Part shown: positions 17,490 to 28,532 of the stretch, piece after piece
Layout: each line of letters starts with the position of its first letter
How positions within the stretch are numbered: the first letter of the stretch is position 1
Assembly (NCBI GenBank): GCA_963665325.3
Contig: CAXXWS020000002.1
Span: forward strand, 576,001 to 640,000
Length of the DNA stretch: 64,000 nt
Origin: Alphaproteobacteria bacterium
GTDB lineage: Bacteria; Pseudomonadota; Alphaproteobacteria; Bin95
Direction of reading: 5' to 3'
The notes under the pieces: model-generated
The model's database searches: none
What the model was told of the DNA's origin: nothing
The model's input: the letters and a program-made list of their open reading frames with translations, nothing else
Made by a program: the position numbers and the translations under genes

Positions 17490-17826
17490 TCAGGCGGCGA
17501 CGGGCCATTGCTCGAGGACGCGGTCGAGGACGCGGGCTTCGGGAGCGAAGGTCCGGGCGCGCCATGAGATGATCTCGACGGTGCAGCCCATGCGTTTGAG
17601 GGCGGCGGTGTCGCGGTCGACGGGTCCCTCGATCTCGATGCGGTGCGCGCCCATGATGCGTCGCCTCGCGAGGCGCCAGCCGTTCGAGAGAGCGAGGGCC
17701 TTGCCCCGGTCCATGATTGCTTCGTAGGCGTCGGTGCCGGTCATGGCGGGACCGCCGTCGAGGCCAAAGGCCTGGCGGACGGCGCGGACCTGGTCGGCGT
17801 CGAGGACGCGCCCGAGGAGGGACAGT
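17490..17826 (-). pseudogene. 3' end of the strawberry-notch gene, separated by transposon copy 2
   Basis: LSLLGRVLDADQVRAVR...EIISWRARTF continues ...RRLTTDDG from 22211; shares the acagt TSD. Confidence 0.85.
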
Positions 17827-17973
17827 TGAGCGGGCGCAGGCTTTCAGCGGCGATCAGGGGCTGATCGGCTCGGATTAATCGAGGTTTTGGATTGGGTGCC
17901 CCCCGGCGATCTTGCAAGAAGGCCGCCGGAGGGCTTGTCTCGGTGACAGTGACATCAACCTGAGACGGCCCCA

Positions 17974-18588
17974 ATGTCGCACAAGCTGTTCCGGCACTCC
18001 AATCTCTCCAACGCCCGGGTTTGGGATTTTCTGAAGCAGGTCGACGCGGCCGAGGCGGAGGCGTGCCGGGCGGCGGGTTGCCCGCGCTGCGGCGGCGCGC
18101 TTCACAGCGCGAGCTACCCGCGCAAGCCGCACGGTCTGGCGGCGAATCTTCGGAACGACGTTCGGCGCTTCAGCCTGTGCTGTTCGGTGTGCCGACGCCG
18201 CGTGAAGCCGCCGTCGGTGCGTTTCTTCGGCAGGCGCTTTTACGTCGGGGCGCTGTTCCTTGTGGTGAGTGCGCTGGCTGTGGCCGGCGGCGCGCGGTTG
18301 CAGACGATCGCGCGGCGGTGCGGGGTTCCGGCCTCGACGCTGAAGCGCTGGCGGCGCTGGTGGCTGGAAGCCTTCCCGCTGACCCGGGAGTGGCAGGCGA
18401 GACGGGGCGAGCTGGCGGCGCCGCCCGAAGAGGCGCCGCTGCGCCGGCTGCTGCGCATCATGCGGGGCCGTGGCTTCCGCTCGCGGCTGCTGCGGAGCCT
18501 GGTCTGGCTGATGCCGTGGACCGGCTTTTGCGCGCTCGGCGCAGGTCCGGCTTCGCCCGCAGAAAGCGTTTCTATGATGCACGGATAG
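17974..18588 (+). CDS. Transposon accessory Zn-ribbon/HTH protein
   Basis: Identical to 10432-11046. Confidence 0.7.
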   Translation: MSHKLFRHSNLSNARVWDFLKQVDAAEAEACRAAGCPRCGGALHSASYPRKPHGLAANLRNDVRRFSLCCSVCRRRVKPPSVRFFGRRFYVGALFLVVSALAVAGGARLQTIARRCGVPASTLKRWRRWWLEAFPLTREWQARRGELAAPPEEAPLRRLLRIMRGRGFRSRLLRSLVWLMPWTGFCALGAGPASPAESVSMMHG

Positions 18589-18636
18589 GGCACCGCATCA
18601 TCGGCACCTCCACGAAGCAGCGAGGGGGATGCCGGA

Positions 18637-20112
18637 ATGAACAGCAACGACGGGAGCGAGCGTCGCGACCGGTGGGCGCGGTTGCGCTTCGCGGTGGTCG
18701 GGCCGCTTCTGGCCTCGCCGCCGCCGGCGGGGCGGCTGCACGCCGAGCTTGAGCGGCTTGCCGAACGCGAGTGGGATCACCCGTCCGGCAAGGGCCGGGT
18801 GCGCTTCGCGGTGTCCACGATCGAGCGCTGGTACTACCAGGCGCGGGCGGCGGACAACGATCCGGTGGGGGCGCTCAAGCGGCGCCCGCGCGCCGATGCC
18901 GGGCGCCCGCGCGCGATGTCGCCGACGCTGATCGAGGCGCTGCACGAGCAGTACCGGGCGCATCCGTCGTGGTCGGCGCAGCTTCATCACGAGAATCTGG
19001 CCGCGCGGGTCGAGGCCGATCCCGAGCTCGGCCCGATACCGTCCTACGCGACGCTGACCCGGGCGATGCGGGCTCGCGGGCTGGTACGCAAGCGCCGGCG
19101 CAAGTGGCATGAGAGCGAGGCCAGGCCGGCGGTCGAAGCCCGCGAGGTATTGAGCTACGAGGTCTCGCGCTCTCACGCCCTGTGGCACGCCGACATGCAC
19201 AGCGCCAAGCGTCGCGTGCTGACCGCCTCGGGCGAGTGGAAGACGCCGATCCTGCTCGGCTTCCTCGACGACCACTCGCGCCTCGGCTGCCACCTTCAGT
19301 GGTACCTCGCCGAGACCGCCGAGGTGTTCGTCCACGGCCTTTGCCAGGCCTTCATGAAGCGCGGTCTGCCGAGGTCCCTGCTGACCGACAACGGCGCGGC
19401 GATGACCGCGGGCGAGGTCGAGGAGGGGTTGCACCGGCTCGGCATCGCGGGGGTCACGACGCTCGCTTACAGCCCCCATCAGAACGGCAAGATCGAGTCG
19501 TTCTGGGGCACGGTCGAATCGCGCCTGATGGCTCAGCTCGAAGGCGTCGACGCGCTTACCTTGAAGATGCTCAACGACGCCACCATCGCCTGGCTGGAGC
19601 AGGACTATCACCGCCGCAAGCACCGCGAGCTCGGCATGACGCCGCATCAACGCCTGGCCGGGAGCGTCGACGCGTCGAGATCCTGCCCCGGCTCGGCCGA
19701 GCTCAAGGCGGCCTTCCGCATCACCAGGAAGCGCACGCTCAGGCGCTCGGACGGCACCGTCTCGGTCGAGGGCATCCGCTACCAGGTGCCACAGCCGTGG
19801 CGCCACCTGCGCGAGGCCTGGATCCGTTACGCGCGCTGGAACCTCGCCAGCGTCGATCTGATCGACGGTCGAGGCGGCGAGCGCCTGTGCACGCTGTACC
19901 CCCTCGACAAGCGCGGCAACGCCGATGGCGTGCGCCGTCCCGCCGGCCCCGGCGGCAACGATGGCAATGGCGGCGCGGGGACGGGGGAACTTCCGCCGCT
20001 GCTCAAGGGCATGCTCGACGCCCAGGCCGCAACCGGCCTGCCGCCGGCCTGGCTGCCCCATGACAAGACGCCCGGTCCGGGCGAGGACGAAGATCGGGGA
20101 GATGCGCCATGA
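18637..20112 (+). CDS. DDE transposase (IS481/Mu-like)
   Basis: Identical to 8908-10383. Confidence 0.92.
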   Translation: MNSNDGSERRDRWARLRFAVVGPLLASPPPAGRLHAELERLAEREWDHPSGKGRVRFAVSTIERWYYQARAADNDPVGALKRRPRADAGRPRAMSPTLIEALHEQYRAHPSWSAQLHHENLAARVEADPELGPIPSYATLTRAMRARGLVRKRRRKWHESEARPAVEAREVLSYEVSRSHALWHADMHSAKRRVLTASGEWKTPILLGFLDDHSRLGCHLQWYLAETAEVFVHGLCQAFMKRGLPRSLLTDNGAAMTAGEVEEGLHRLGIAGVTTLAYSPHQNGKIESFWGTVESRLMAQLEGVDALTLKMLNDATIAWLEQDYHRRKHRELGMTPHQRLAGSVDASRSCPGSAELKAAFRITRKRTLRRSDGTVSVEGIRYQVPQPWRHLREAWIRYARWNLASVDLIDGRGGERLCTLYPLDKRGNADGVRRPAGPGGNDGNGGAGTGELPPLLKGMLDAQAATGLPPAWLPHDKTPGPGEDEDRGDAP

Positions 20113-20942
20113 ACCGGGAACTGCTCACCTTCTACGGGCTCAAGTGGAACCCCTTCGCCACCGACCTGCCGGTCGACAGTCTCATGGCGACGCCTGCCGT
20201 CGACAGCTTCTGCCTCAGGATCGAGCGCCACCTGGTGCGCCAGGGCGGCTTCGCCTTGATCGCCGGCGAGCCCGGCGCCGGAAAGAGTGTGGCGTTGCGC
20301 CTGCTCGCCGACCGTCTCGGCCGCTGCGAGGGGCTCAGCATCGCCGCCATCACCCATCCCTCCTCCCGGCTGTCCGACTTCTACCGCGAGATCGGCGAGA
20401 TGTTCGGCGTCGACCTGATGTACAACAACCGCTGGGCCAGCTTCAAAAGCCTGCGCGAGCGCTGGCTCGCCCATGTCGACGATACCCGCATGCGCCCCGT
20501 CGTGCTCGTCGACGAGGCCCAGGAGCTGCTGCCCTCGGTGTTCTCCGAGATCCGCCTGCTGGCTTCGACCGACTTCGACTCGCGCGCCATCCTCTCGGTC
20601 GTCCTCGCCGGCGACACGCGCCTGCTCGACAAGCTCCGCCAGCCCGATCTGCAGCCCATCGCCTCGCGCATCCGCCAGCGCCTGGTCATGACCAAGGCCG
20701 AGGCCGGCGACCTCGCGGCCCTGCTCGACCATCTGATCGAGCAGGCCGGCAATCCCGGCCTCATGACCGCGGGCCTCAAGGACACCCTGGTCGCCCATGC
20801 CGACGGCAACCCGCGGGCGCTCACCGTCATGGCCGACGCCCTGCTCGCCGCCGCCGCCGAGAAGGAGCGCGAGGTCCTCGACGAGAAGCTCTTCATCGAG
20901 ACCCTGGGCGAACCCGCCAAGCCGAGGAGGGCGCGGCGGTGA
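20109..20942 (+). CDS. ExeA/TniB/MuB-like AAA ATPase
   Basis: Identical to 8078-8911. Confidence 0.88.
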   Translation: MNRELLTFYGLKWNPFATDLPVDSLMATPAVDSFCLRIERHLVRQGGFALIAGEPGAGKSVALRLLADRLGRCEGLSIAAITHPSSRLSDFYREIGEMFGVDLMYNNRWASFKSLRERWLAHVDDTRMRPVVLVDEAQELLPSVFSEIRLLASTDFDSRAILSVVLAGDTRLLDKLRQPDLQPIASRIRQRLVMTKAEAGDLAALLDHLIEQAGNPGLMTAGLKDTLVAHADGNPRALTVMADALLAAAAEKEREVLDEKLFIETLGEPAKPRRARR

Positions 20943-21937
20943 AGGGCTTCCCGACACGGGCGCCGGCGGAGCTCGAAGAGCGCCCCCAGGCGCGCCGCTG
21001 GATGGTCGAGGCGTTGTGGTCCGAGCAGGGCGTCGGCATCGTCGGCGGCGAGCCCAAGTGCGGCAAATCCTTCCTCGCACTCGACATCGCCGTCGCGGTC
21101 GCCGCCGGCGTCCCCTGCCTGCGCCACTTCCGTCCCGCCGCAAGCGGCCCCGTGCTGCTGTTCGCCGCCGAGGACGCCGGCCATATCGTGCGCGCACGCC
21201 TCCAGGGCATCGCAAAGGCGGCAGGCACCGCGTTCGAGACCCTCGACATCGCCGTCATCGACGTGCCCACGCTGCGTCTCGACCATCGCGCCGATCGCCA
21301 GCGCCTGGTCGAGACGGTGGAGCGCGTCTCACCCCGCCTCGTCGTCCTCGACCCCCTCGTGCGCCTGCACGGCGTCGACGAAAATACCGTCGCCGAGGTC
21401 GCCCCCATGCTGGGCTTCCTGCGCGACATACAGCGCCGCTTCGAAACCGCCGTCCTCCTCGTCCATCACGCACGAAAGAGCGGCGGCTCCCGGCCCGGGC
21501 AGGCGCTGCGCGGCAGCAGCGAACTTCACGCCTGGGGCGATTCGAATCTGTACCTGCGCCGGCGAGACCGCCAGATCCTCATGACCGTCGAGCATCGCGA
21601 CGCCCCTGGCCTCGAAGACCTCGAGATCGAACTCGCCGACGACGACGAGCGCCCCGCCCTGCGGTTGCGCGAGACGCCGGAAGACCAGGCGCCGGAGCCG
21701 GATACCCCCGAACGGCGCATCCTGCAGGCCCTCGCCGACGCCGACGCGCCGCTCTCCCAGCGCCGGATCCGCGAGCGCGCGGCAACCCGGCCCGCAACCG
21801 TCGCCGAGGCGCTGCACAGGCTCGTCCGCGAAGGACGCGTCGAGCGCGCATCCGAAGGCGGATACCGCCTCGCCGCCCTCAACGGCAACGACCGCAGGGA
21901 CACGTTACCGAAAACCGTTACCGCCTCGAACCCCTAG
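20939..21937 (+). CDS. RecA/RepA-like AAA_25 ATPase/helicase
   Basis: Identical to 7083-8081. Confidence 0.85.
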   Translation: MKGFPTRAPAELEERPQARRWMVEALWSEQGVGIVGGEPKCGKSFLALDIAVAVAAGVPCLRHFRPAASGPVLLFAAEDAGHIVRARLQGIAKAAGTAFETLDIAVIDVPTLRLDHRADRQRLVETVERVSPRLVVLDPLVRLHGVDENTVAEVAPMLGFLRDIQRRFETAVLLVHHARKSGGSRPGQALRGSSELHAWGDSNLYLRRRDRQILMTVEHRDAPGLEDLEIELADDDERPALRLRETPEDQAPEPDTPERRILQALADADAPLSQRRIRERAATRPATVAEALHRLVREGRVERASEGGYRLAALNGNDRRDTLPKTVTASNP

Positions 21938-21964
21938 GGAGAGAGGGTAACGGTAACGGGTAAC
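21903..21964. repeat. GTTACC/GGTAAC iteron-like cluster (copy 2)
   Basis: cgttaccg x2, cccctaggg, ggtaac x3. Confidence 0.7.
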
Positions 21965-22210
21965 ACCGCTCCCATTGTCACACTGCGTAAAGCGGCCGGC
22001 CCGTGGCCGGAAGCTTGCTTACGGCCATGGATGCACTCCGTCGGAGGGACGGCGGCGGGTCACCCGAAGGGCCGGAGCGCAGCGCAGGAGCCGCGAAGCG
22101 GCTTGACGCGCCGACGGCCGTCCGACACCCCCGCCGTCACGCCCGGCCCGACGCCTGAAAACCATCGAACAACGTGACCATCCCGCCATCAGATACCGAG
22201 AGCACACTCA

Positions 22211-25200
22211 ACAGTCCGTCATCGGTGGTGAGACGGCGGACGCGCATGTTGTCCGAGGGCAGACGGTCCCAGATGGGAAGCAGGAGCCCGGCGGCGAGCC
22301 AGAAACGCGACTCCGTATGGGTCGGGAGCTGCGAGGTCTCGTGCTCCCAGAGCGTGCGCCAGGTCTGCGCATCGGCGGGTTGCCAGTTGGACGAGACGAG
22401 CTCGGCAAGAGCCATGGTTTCGCGTGTGGCGGGCCGTAGGAGGCGGACGCGTTCCAGGACGGCGCCGTCGTCGGATATCCGCGAGGGTGCGGGAATTCTG
22501 ACGGCGGCGCGCCTGGAGCGCTGGTTGACCATCAGGATGGGGTAGCCGTCCGTGTCCGGGTGTTGGCGCCCGCTGGCAAGGGCAGACTCCGGGGTGGTGG
22601 GCTGGAGCCGGTCGCGGCGCTGGATCTCGACGATCTCCATGATCGCGCCGGTGGCGGGGTGCTCGTAGAGCGTTTCGCGCCCGGTGGCGGCAAGGGAGTC
22701 GGCGCGGACGGTTTCGACGCCCACCTCGAAGGAGCCGGCTTCGATTGCCTGCTCGATATTGGAGGCGATGCGGTTCTCCAGCTCCGCAAACAGCTGGTTC
22801 TGTTCGGCGATGGGCAGAGCCAGGAGACGGTTGAGGAAGCGGGGCATGGGCGGCAGGTCGTCCTTGAGCCCGCCTTCGTGCACGATCTTGAGCCCGGTCG
22901 ACTCCTGGAAGCGTTCGATGTTCCAGTCCTCGATCCTGCCGCGCCAGAGCGCGCTGTAGAATTGGCGCAGAGCCGCCTTGGCATAGGGGCTCTCCAGGTT
23001 GTCGCTCTCGCGGAACAGCGCGGCGTCGCTGCCGCCCATGGCGGTCTGGCTGTCGCGCTGGCCGCGTGTGATGGCGCCCAGGCTGTCGAGACGCCGCGCG
23101 ATGGTGGCGATGAACCTTCGCTCGCCCTTCACATCCGTGGTGACGGGGCGGAACAGCGGTGCCGAGGCCTGGTGCGTGCGGTGGGTGCGCCCGAGCCCTT
23201 GGATGGCCTGGTCGGCCCGCCAGCCGGGCTCGAGCAGGTAGTGGACGCGGCGCTGCGTGTTCTCGCAGCTGAGGTCGGCGTGGTAGCTGCGTCCCGTGCC
23301 GCCGGCCATGGAGAACACCAGGATGCGTTTGGTGCCGTCCATGAACGCTGCGGTCTCGGCGAGATTGGCCGATGTGGGGCGGGTGCGGAGCGCCAGGCGT
23401 TCGCCGTTCGCGTCGGCGATCCGCACGACCCGGCGCGAGCGGCCGGTGACTTCGGAGACGGCTTCGTGCCCGAAATGATGCACGACCTGGTCGAGGGCGG
23501 TCGGGACGGCGGGAAGTGCCGCCAGCTTCTCGATCAGCTCGTCGCGCTGGGCCTCGGCCTCGCGGCAGATGACGGGATTGCCGTCTTCGTCCGTGGCGGG
23601 CCGGCTCATCAGGTTGCCGTCGTCGTCGGTGAACGGCTCCTGCAACTGCACCGGGAAGGCGTGCATCAGGAACGAGAGGATGCCGTCCCTCGGGGTGAGG
23701 TCGATATTGAGGTCGTCCCACTCCGATGCCGGGATTTCGGCGATCCGGCGCTCCATCAAGGACTCTCCGGTGGAGACCAGCTGGATGACGGCGGAGTGGG
23801 CGGCTTCCAGGTCGGCCTCGATGGCGCGGATCAGCGAGGGGCACTTCATGCCGGTGAGCAGATGGCCGAAGAAGCGCTGCTTGGTGCTCTCGAAGGCGCT
23901 GAGGGCGGCGGACTTGGCGTTCTTGTTGAGCGTGTCCTCGCCCTGCACGATGCCGGTGGCCTTCAGGGCTTCCTCGATGTTCTTGTGGATGATCTTGAAG
24001 GCGCCGGCATAGGCGTCGTAGATGCGCCGCTGTTCGGGGGTGAGGGGGTGTTCGAGGATGTCGACCTCGATGCCGTCATAAGCGAGTGCACGGGCCTGGT
24101 AGAGGCCGAGCGCCTTCAGATCGCGGGCAACCACCTCCATCGCGGCGACGCCGCCCGCTTCCATGGCGGACACGAACTCGGTGCGTTTCTCGAAGGGAGT
24201 CTCGTCGGAGCCCCAGAGTCTGAGCCTGCCGGCATAGGCCAGGCCCGGAACGGTGGTCGCTCCTGTGGCGGAGACATAGGCGATCCGCGCGTCGGGCAAT
24301 GCGTTCTGCAAGCGCAGCCCCGCCCGGCCCTGCTGGGACGGCTTGACGTCGCCGCGTTCGCCCTTCGAGCCGGCGGCGTTGGCCATGGCGTGGGCCTCGT
24401 CGAAGACGACGGCGCCGTCGAATGCGAGCAGGTCCTCGTCCTCCAGGGAGCCGGCAAGCCACCTGACGATCTGGTCGAGGCGCGAGGGCTTGTCCTGGCG
24501 GGACGGGGAGCGCAGCGTGGCGTAGGTGGCGAACAGGATGCCCTCGGGATGCGGGATTTCGGCGCCCTGGCGGAACTTGCCGAGGGGTATGACCTGGTCG
24601 CTGTGGCCTCCGAGCGCAGTCCAGTCGCGCCGGGCGTCCTCGAGCAGCTTGTCCGACTGGGAAAGCCAGAGGGCCCGCTTTCTGCCCTGCATCCAGTTGT
24701 CGAGGATGATGGCGGCGACCTGGCGGCCCTTGCCGCAACCGGTTCCGTCTCCGAGCATCCATCCGCGCCGGAAGCGAACGGGGCGCGAGAGGGTCTCGCC
24801 GTCGGCGGTGAGCAGCGAAGTGTCAGGGACCTCGTCATCGCCTTCGGCAGACCGCTGCACGGTCTCCCATCCGGAGCCGATCCTGTAGAGGGCGGAGAGG
24901 TGGCCGGAGTGGGCTTCGCCGGCGAGCACGATGCTTTCGAGCTGGGCGTCCGACAGAAGGCCGTCCGAGAGGATGCGCCGGGGAAGGATCGGGCGGTGCG
25001 CGGGGACGGGTTGCGGCACGGCTGCCATTGCGGCGGACTGGACCAGCGGGGTCGGATGGGGAGTGGCGCCCTGTACGGAGACGATACCGGGGCGCCAGGG
25101 CTCATACGGGCCGGATCCGGTGGCGGCGGCAGCCGGGGGGCGGATCTCGATCGGAAGGGCGGCAACGGGGCCCCAGTCATGCGCCGACAGCGGCTGGGAG

Positions 25201-26348
25201 GGTGTGGTCTCCGGGTTGCCTTTACGGCGTGTCGTGACGGGCTTCGGGGCTGGTTTGCCGAACAGGTCGTTCGCGGGTGCGGCGGGGGATGCCGGCAGGA
25301 TCGTCAGCCGAGGAGGTATCGCGCCGGCGATCGCGGCGAGCAGCTCGGCTGCATTGGCGGCGTGCGCGTTGCGGTCGAGGGGAATCCCGGGCTCGTCGGA
25401 CCGGTCGATCACGGTAAGCCTGGTGTCGAAGCCGGTGCCGCGGCGGGCATAGGCGCGGCCGTCGATCGCCGTGGAGAATATGACCCGGGCGGCGGGGGAG
25501 AGGCTGGCGAAAGCGGCGTTCCAGTCGAGGCCGCCGGGGATGCAGGCTTCGGAGGTGATCGCGGCGAGGCGGCCGCCGGGCGGGAGCATCGAGAAGGCGG
25601 AGCGGACATGGTGAAGGTCGGCGTCGTGGCGGATGCGGTCGACGCCGGGTGTTGTCGAAAAGGGAGGGTTCATGAGGATGACGGTGGGCCTGACTGCCGG
25701 CAGGCGGTCGGCGATGGCTTCGGCGTTGAAGCGGGTGACCCCGGCGCCGGGAAAGAGTCCGGCGAGAAGGCCGGCGCGGGTCTGGGAATATTCGTTGAGA
25801 TGGAGGTTGCCGGACGCGTGGAAGCCGAGCGCGCATTCGGCCATGACGGCGAGCATGCCGGTGCCGGCGGACGGTTCGAGGACGACGTCGCCGGGGCGGA
25901 CGGCTGCGGCCTGGAGGAGGGCGTAGGCGAGAGGGAGGGGGGTCGAGAACTGCTGCAGGCGAACCTGCTCCTCGGAGCGCCTGGTGTGCGAGGGCTCAAG
26001 CGCCGCGATCGCCTCGAGCATGCGCAGCATGCGCGGCGGTCCTTCGTCGCCGGCGGTGCGGCGCATGTCGCGGCCGTACCGTTGCAGGAACAGGACGAGG
26101 GCGGCTTCGGCCGCTTCATAGGCGTCCTTCCAGAGCCAGGCGCCCTCGGCGTCGCTGGCGCCGAATGCGTGGATCATGGCCGCGCGAAGGGTGCCGGCAT
26201 GGAGCGGGCGGCCGGCGGCGAGGAACGGGAGGAGGGCGTGGGCCGCTGCGAGCAGGGAACCGGCATCGGTCGGTGCGGGGGCAGGATGGCTGGCATGGGC
26301 GGCAGTGGCGCGCGTGGCGGCGTCCGGCGCCGTGTGGGCGTCGAGCAT
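22211..26348 (-). pseudogene. Strawberry-notch family methylase/helicase, interrupted near its C-terminus
   Basis: QQFSTP, VLEPSAGTG, MNPPF methylase motifs; GDGTGCGKGRQ, FDEAH, SATG, IQGLGRTHR helicase motifs. Confidence 0.9.
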
Positions 26349-26600
26349 GGAAAGCTCCGTTCTGGCGATGGAAGTGCAACGGCCGCGGGCGGATGGCCCG
26401 ACGGCTCAATGGATTCGCAGAAGGAGGGCTTTCCTGAAGCTCGACGGATGGGGGAAAGGCGGTGTGCGGGGGAGAAGGCGCGGCGGCTGGGTCGTGTCGG
26501 CGCAAGCAGGGCACGGATGTGTGGTGCGCAGCTGATGCGCGGTCCGCGCGCCGGTGCCCTTCAGGTCGCTGGTGACAGGCGATAGGGCGCGCAGTGGCGC

Positions 26601-27362
26601 CTAGAGGTGGCCCTGGTCCCGGAAGCTGGTCGCGCCGGTTGCCGTGATGATGATGTGATCGTGGATACCGATATTGAACAGCCGGGCGGCTTCGACGAGC
26701 CTCTTCGTGATCTCGATGTCCGCCTGGGACGGGGTCGGGTCTGTCGAGGGATGGTTATGTACGATGATGATGGCGCTGGCTTGCAGCTGAAGGGCGCGGT
26801 GCACGATCTCGCGGGGATAGGCCGGCGTGTGGTTGACGGTTCCGGTCTGGGAGCGTTCGGCCCGGATGAGGTGGTTGCGGTTATCGAGGAACAGCAAATG
26901 GAGCTCTTCGATAGCCTTGTAGCCGAGGCGTGCGCGGCAGTAGTCGACGACCTGGCGGTAGTTGCTGAGAGCGGGGTCGAGGCGGTCGGGAAGCTGCTCA
27001 GTGGCGAGCAGGATGCCGAGCGCCTCGGCAAGCTTGATCGCGCAAATACCGTCGCTGCCCAGGCCGGGAACCGTGGCGAGCTGGTCACGGCTGGCTGCGA
27101 GGACATGGGGAAGCGATCGGAACGAGGCCAGAAGGCTGTCGGCAAGGGAGAAGGCCCTGTCGTGGCCGAGAGATCCGCGAAGCAGAAGGGCGAGGAGCTC
27201 CCGGGACTGGAGGGCGCCCGGGCCGGCGCGAAGGAAGCGGGCCTTGAGGACTTCCATCGGTTTGCCCAGGGGCGGAGGCCTGGTTGAAACGGAAGTGCCG
27301 GGGTCGTTGCGGGAGCCGGTGGAGCCGGCCGGAATGGGGTGAGCGGCGGAGTCGAGAGGCAT
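26601..27362 (-). CDS. radC: RadC-like JAB-domain protein
   Basis: ELLALLL, GTVNHTPAYPREI, HNHPS..P.PS.AD, HDHIII. Confidence 0.92.
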   Translation of the reverse strand: MPLDSAAHPIPAGSTGSRNDPGTSVSTRPPPLGKPMEVLKARFLRAGPGALQSRELLALLLRGSLGHDRAFSLADSLLASFRSLPHVLAASRDQLATVPGLGSDGICAIKLAEALGILLATEQLPDRLDPALSNYRQVVDYCRARLGYKAIEELHLLFLDNRNHLIRAERSQTGTVNHTPAYPREIVHRALQLQASAIIIVHNHPSTDPTPSQADIEITKRLVEAARLFNIGIHDHIIITATGATSFRDQGHL

Positions 27363-27408
27363 CGCGGTGATTCCTTGCAAGGCAAGTGAGGCAAACAGGG
27401 GATGGGGC

Positions 27409-27918
27409 TCAGGCGGCGTGATCGGCGAGCACCTGCATCGTGTAGCTGCACTCGGTGTCGCATTCGCCGCATAAGGCGGTCGCCTCATAGGTGCTGTGAA
27501 GCTCCCAGCGTTGGGCGGCTGTGTCCCATTCGGCCCAGGCGTCGACGAGAACCCGGGTGCTGCCGCACGTGTTGCATGTGGGCTGGAGGGGCGCGCCGGC
27601 GTCGAGGGCCTTGCGGGCATAATCGGCGAGTTCGCGGATGTGCGAGTGGACAGGCGGCCGCACGGAGCCGGAGAGAATGCTCTCGTGCAGGCGGTCGAGG
27701 CCGATCGTGAGAGCGACGAGCGGCGGCCGAAGGTCGTCCTGGCGGCGGCAGCGGTCGTCGAGCATTGCGGCGCCGCGGCAGCCTTCGAGGGGGCATTCGC
27801 CGGCGGGCATGACGTCGCCGGGCTGGACGCGGTCCCATAGGTCGCGAAGCTCGCGGGTATCATCGGCGGGTCCGTGCCACCCGCAGGCCTGGCAGGTGGC
27901 GGTTTCGGTGGCGGTCAT
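27409..27918 (-). CDS. Hypothetical Zn-finger protein
   Basis: CQAC, ECPLEGC, CNTC, CGEC; RBS GAGGAG. Confidence 0.7.
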   Translation of the reverse strand: MTATETATCQACGWHGPADDTRELRDLWDRVQPGDVMPAGECPLEGCRGAAMLDDRCRRQDDLRPPLVALTIGLDRLHESILSGSVRPPVHSHIRELADYARKALDAGAPLQPTCNTCGSTRVLVDAWAEWDTAAQRWELHSTYEATALCGECDTECSYTMQVLADHAA

Positions 27919-27929
27919 GCGGTTGCTCC

Positions 27930-28271
27930 TCAGGCCGGGCGCAGGGCGCGGTTGCGGAAGGTCGATAGTGCGCGGGTGACGGTCAGCTCGTCGGCGCCGG
28001 CGGCGGCTCCCCAGCCGCGCAGGTTGCGCTCGAAGTCCTCGACGGAGCCGAGGTGAAGATCGAAGAAGGGGTTGTCGCTGGTTGATGCCAGGACGGAACT
28101 GCCGGCGACGGAAATGTCCGTGATCGCGGGGTCGGTCACGGGTTCGGCGCCGATGAGCCAGCAGAGAAATGCTGCGAACATGGGCGACAGGGACTCGCCG
28201 CGGCGGGGGTCCATCGGGTGCGGTTTCGGCAGTGGGTCGATGGGGTGAGGCGGCATGACGGTATCGGGCAT
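27930..28271 (-). CDS. Hypothetical protein
   Basis: RBS GAGGAG; co-oriented with its neighbours. Confidence 0.65.
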   Translation of the reverse strand: MPDTVMPPHPIDPLPKPHPMDPRRGESLSPMFAAFLCWLIGAEPVTDPAITDISVAGSSVLASTSDNPFFDLHLGSVEDFERNLRGWGAAAGADELTVTRALSTFRNRALRPA

Positions 28272-28532
28272 TGCGGACTCCTCGGGGTCGGCATGGGAGG
28301 CCCCGCCCCGATTGTCCGGGCGAGGCAGTATTGGCGGCGGCTGAAGGTTGGGAACGGGCGCGTGCAGCCGCTTTGAGTGTGCTGCGGGTCTCGATTATGC
28401 GTTGGGTGGCGGAGGCGCCGCGTACGTAGATGGATATACGCGGAAGGGTCTTGGCGTTGGCGGCCGGAGGATGGTTGGACCGAAATTGCCGTTAGGATTG
28501 TCCGGGCGATGACGGCCGGGGTTGGAACGGGT

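Larger units (their letters stand above)
17827..22210 (+). mobile_element. 4384-bp four-gene DDE transposon, copy 2, with 5-bp TSD acagt
   Basis: acagt at 17822-17826 and 22211-22215; TG...CA ends with a short imperfect TIR (TGAGCGGGCGC vs TGAGTGTGCTC). Confidence 0.95.

Noticed and set aside
17827-22210. Tn7-like or CRISPR-associated transposon
   Set aside because: No TniQ/TnsD, TnsA, Cas or array; the ends lack TGT...ACA and obvious repeated TnsB sites
22560-26585. Very long plus-strand ORFs (also 30797-32857, 36397-39084, 8959-10422)
   Set aside because: Antisense shadows of real genes in GC-rich DNA; no motifs of their own
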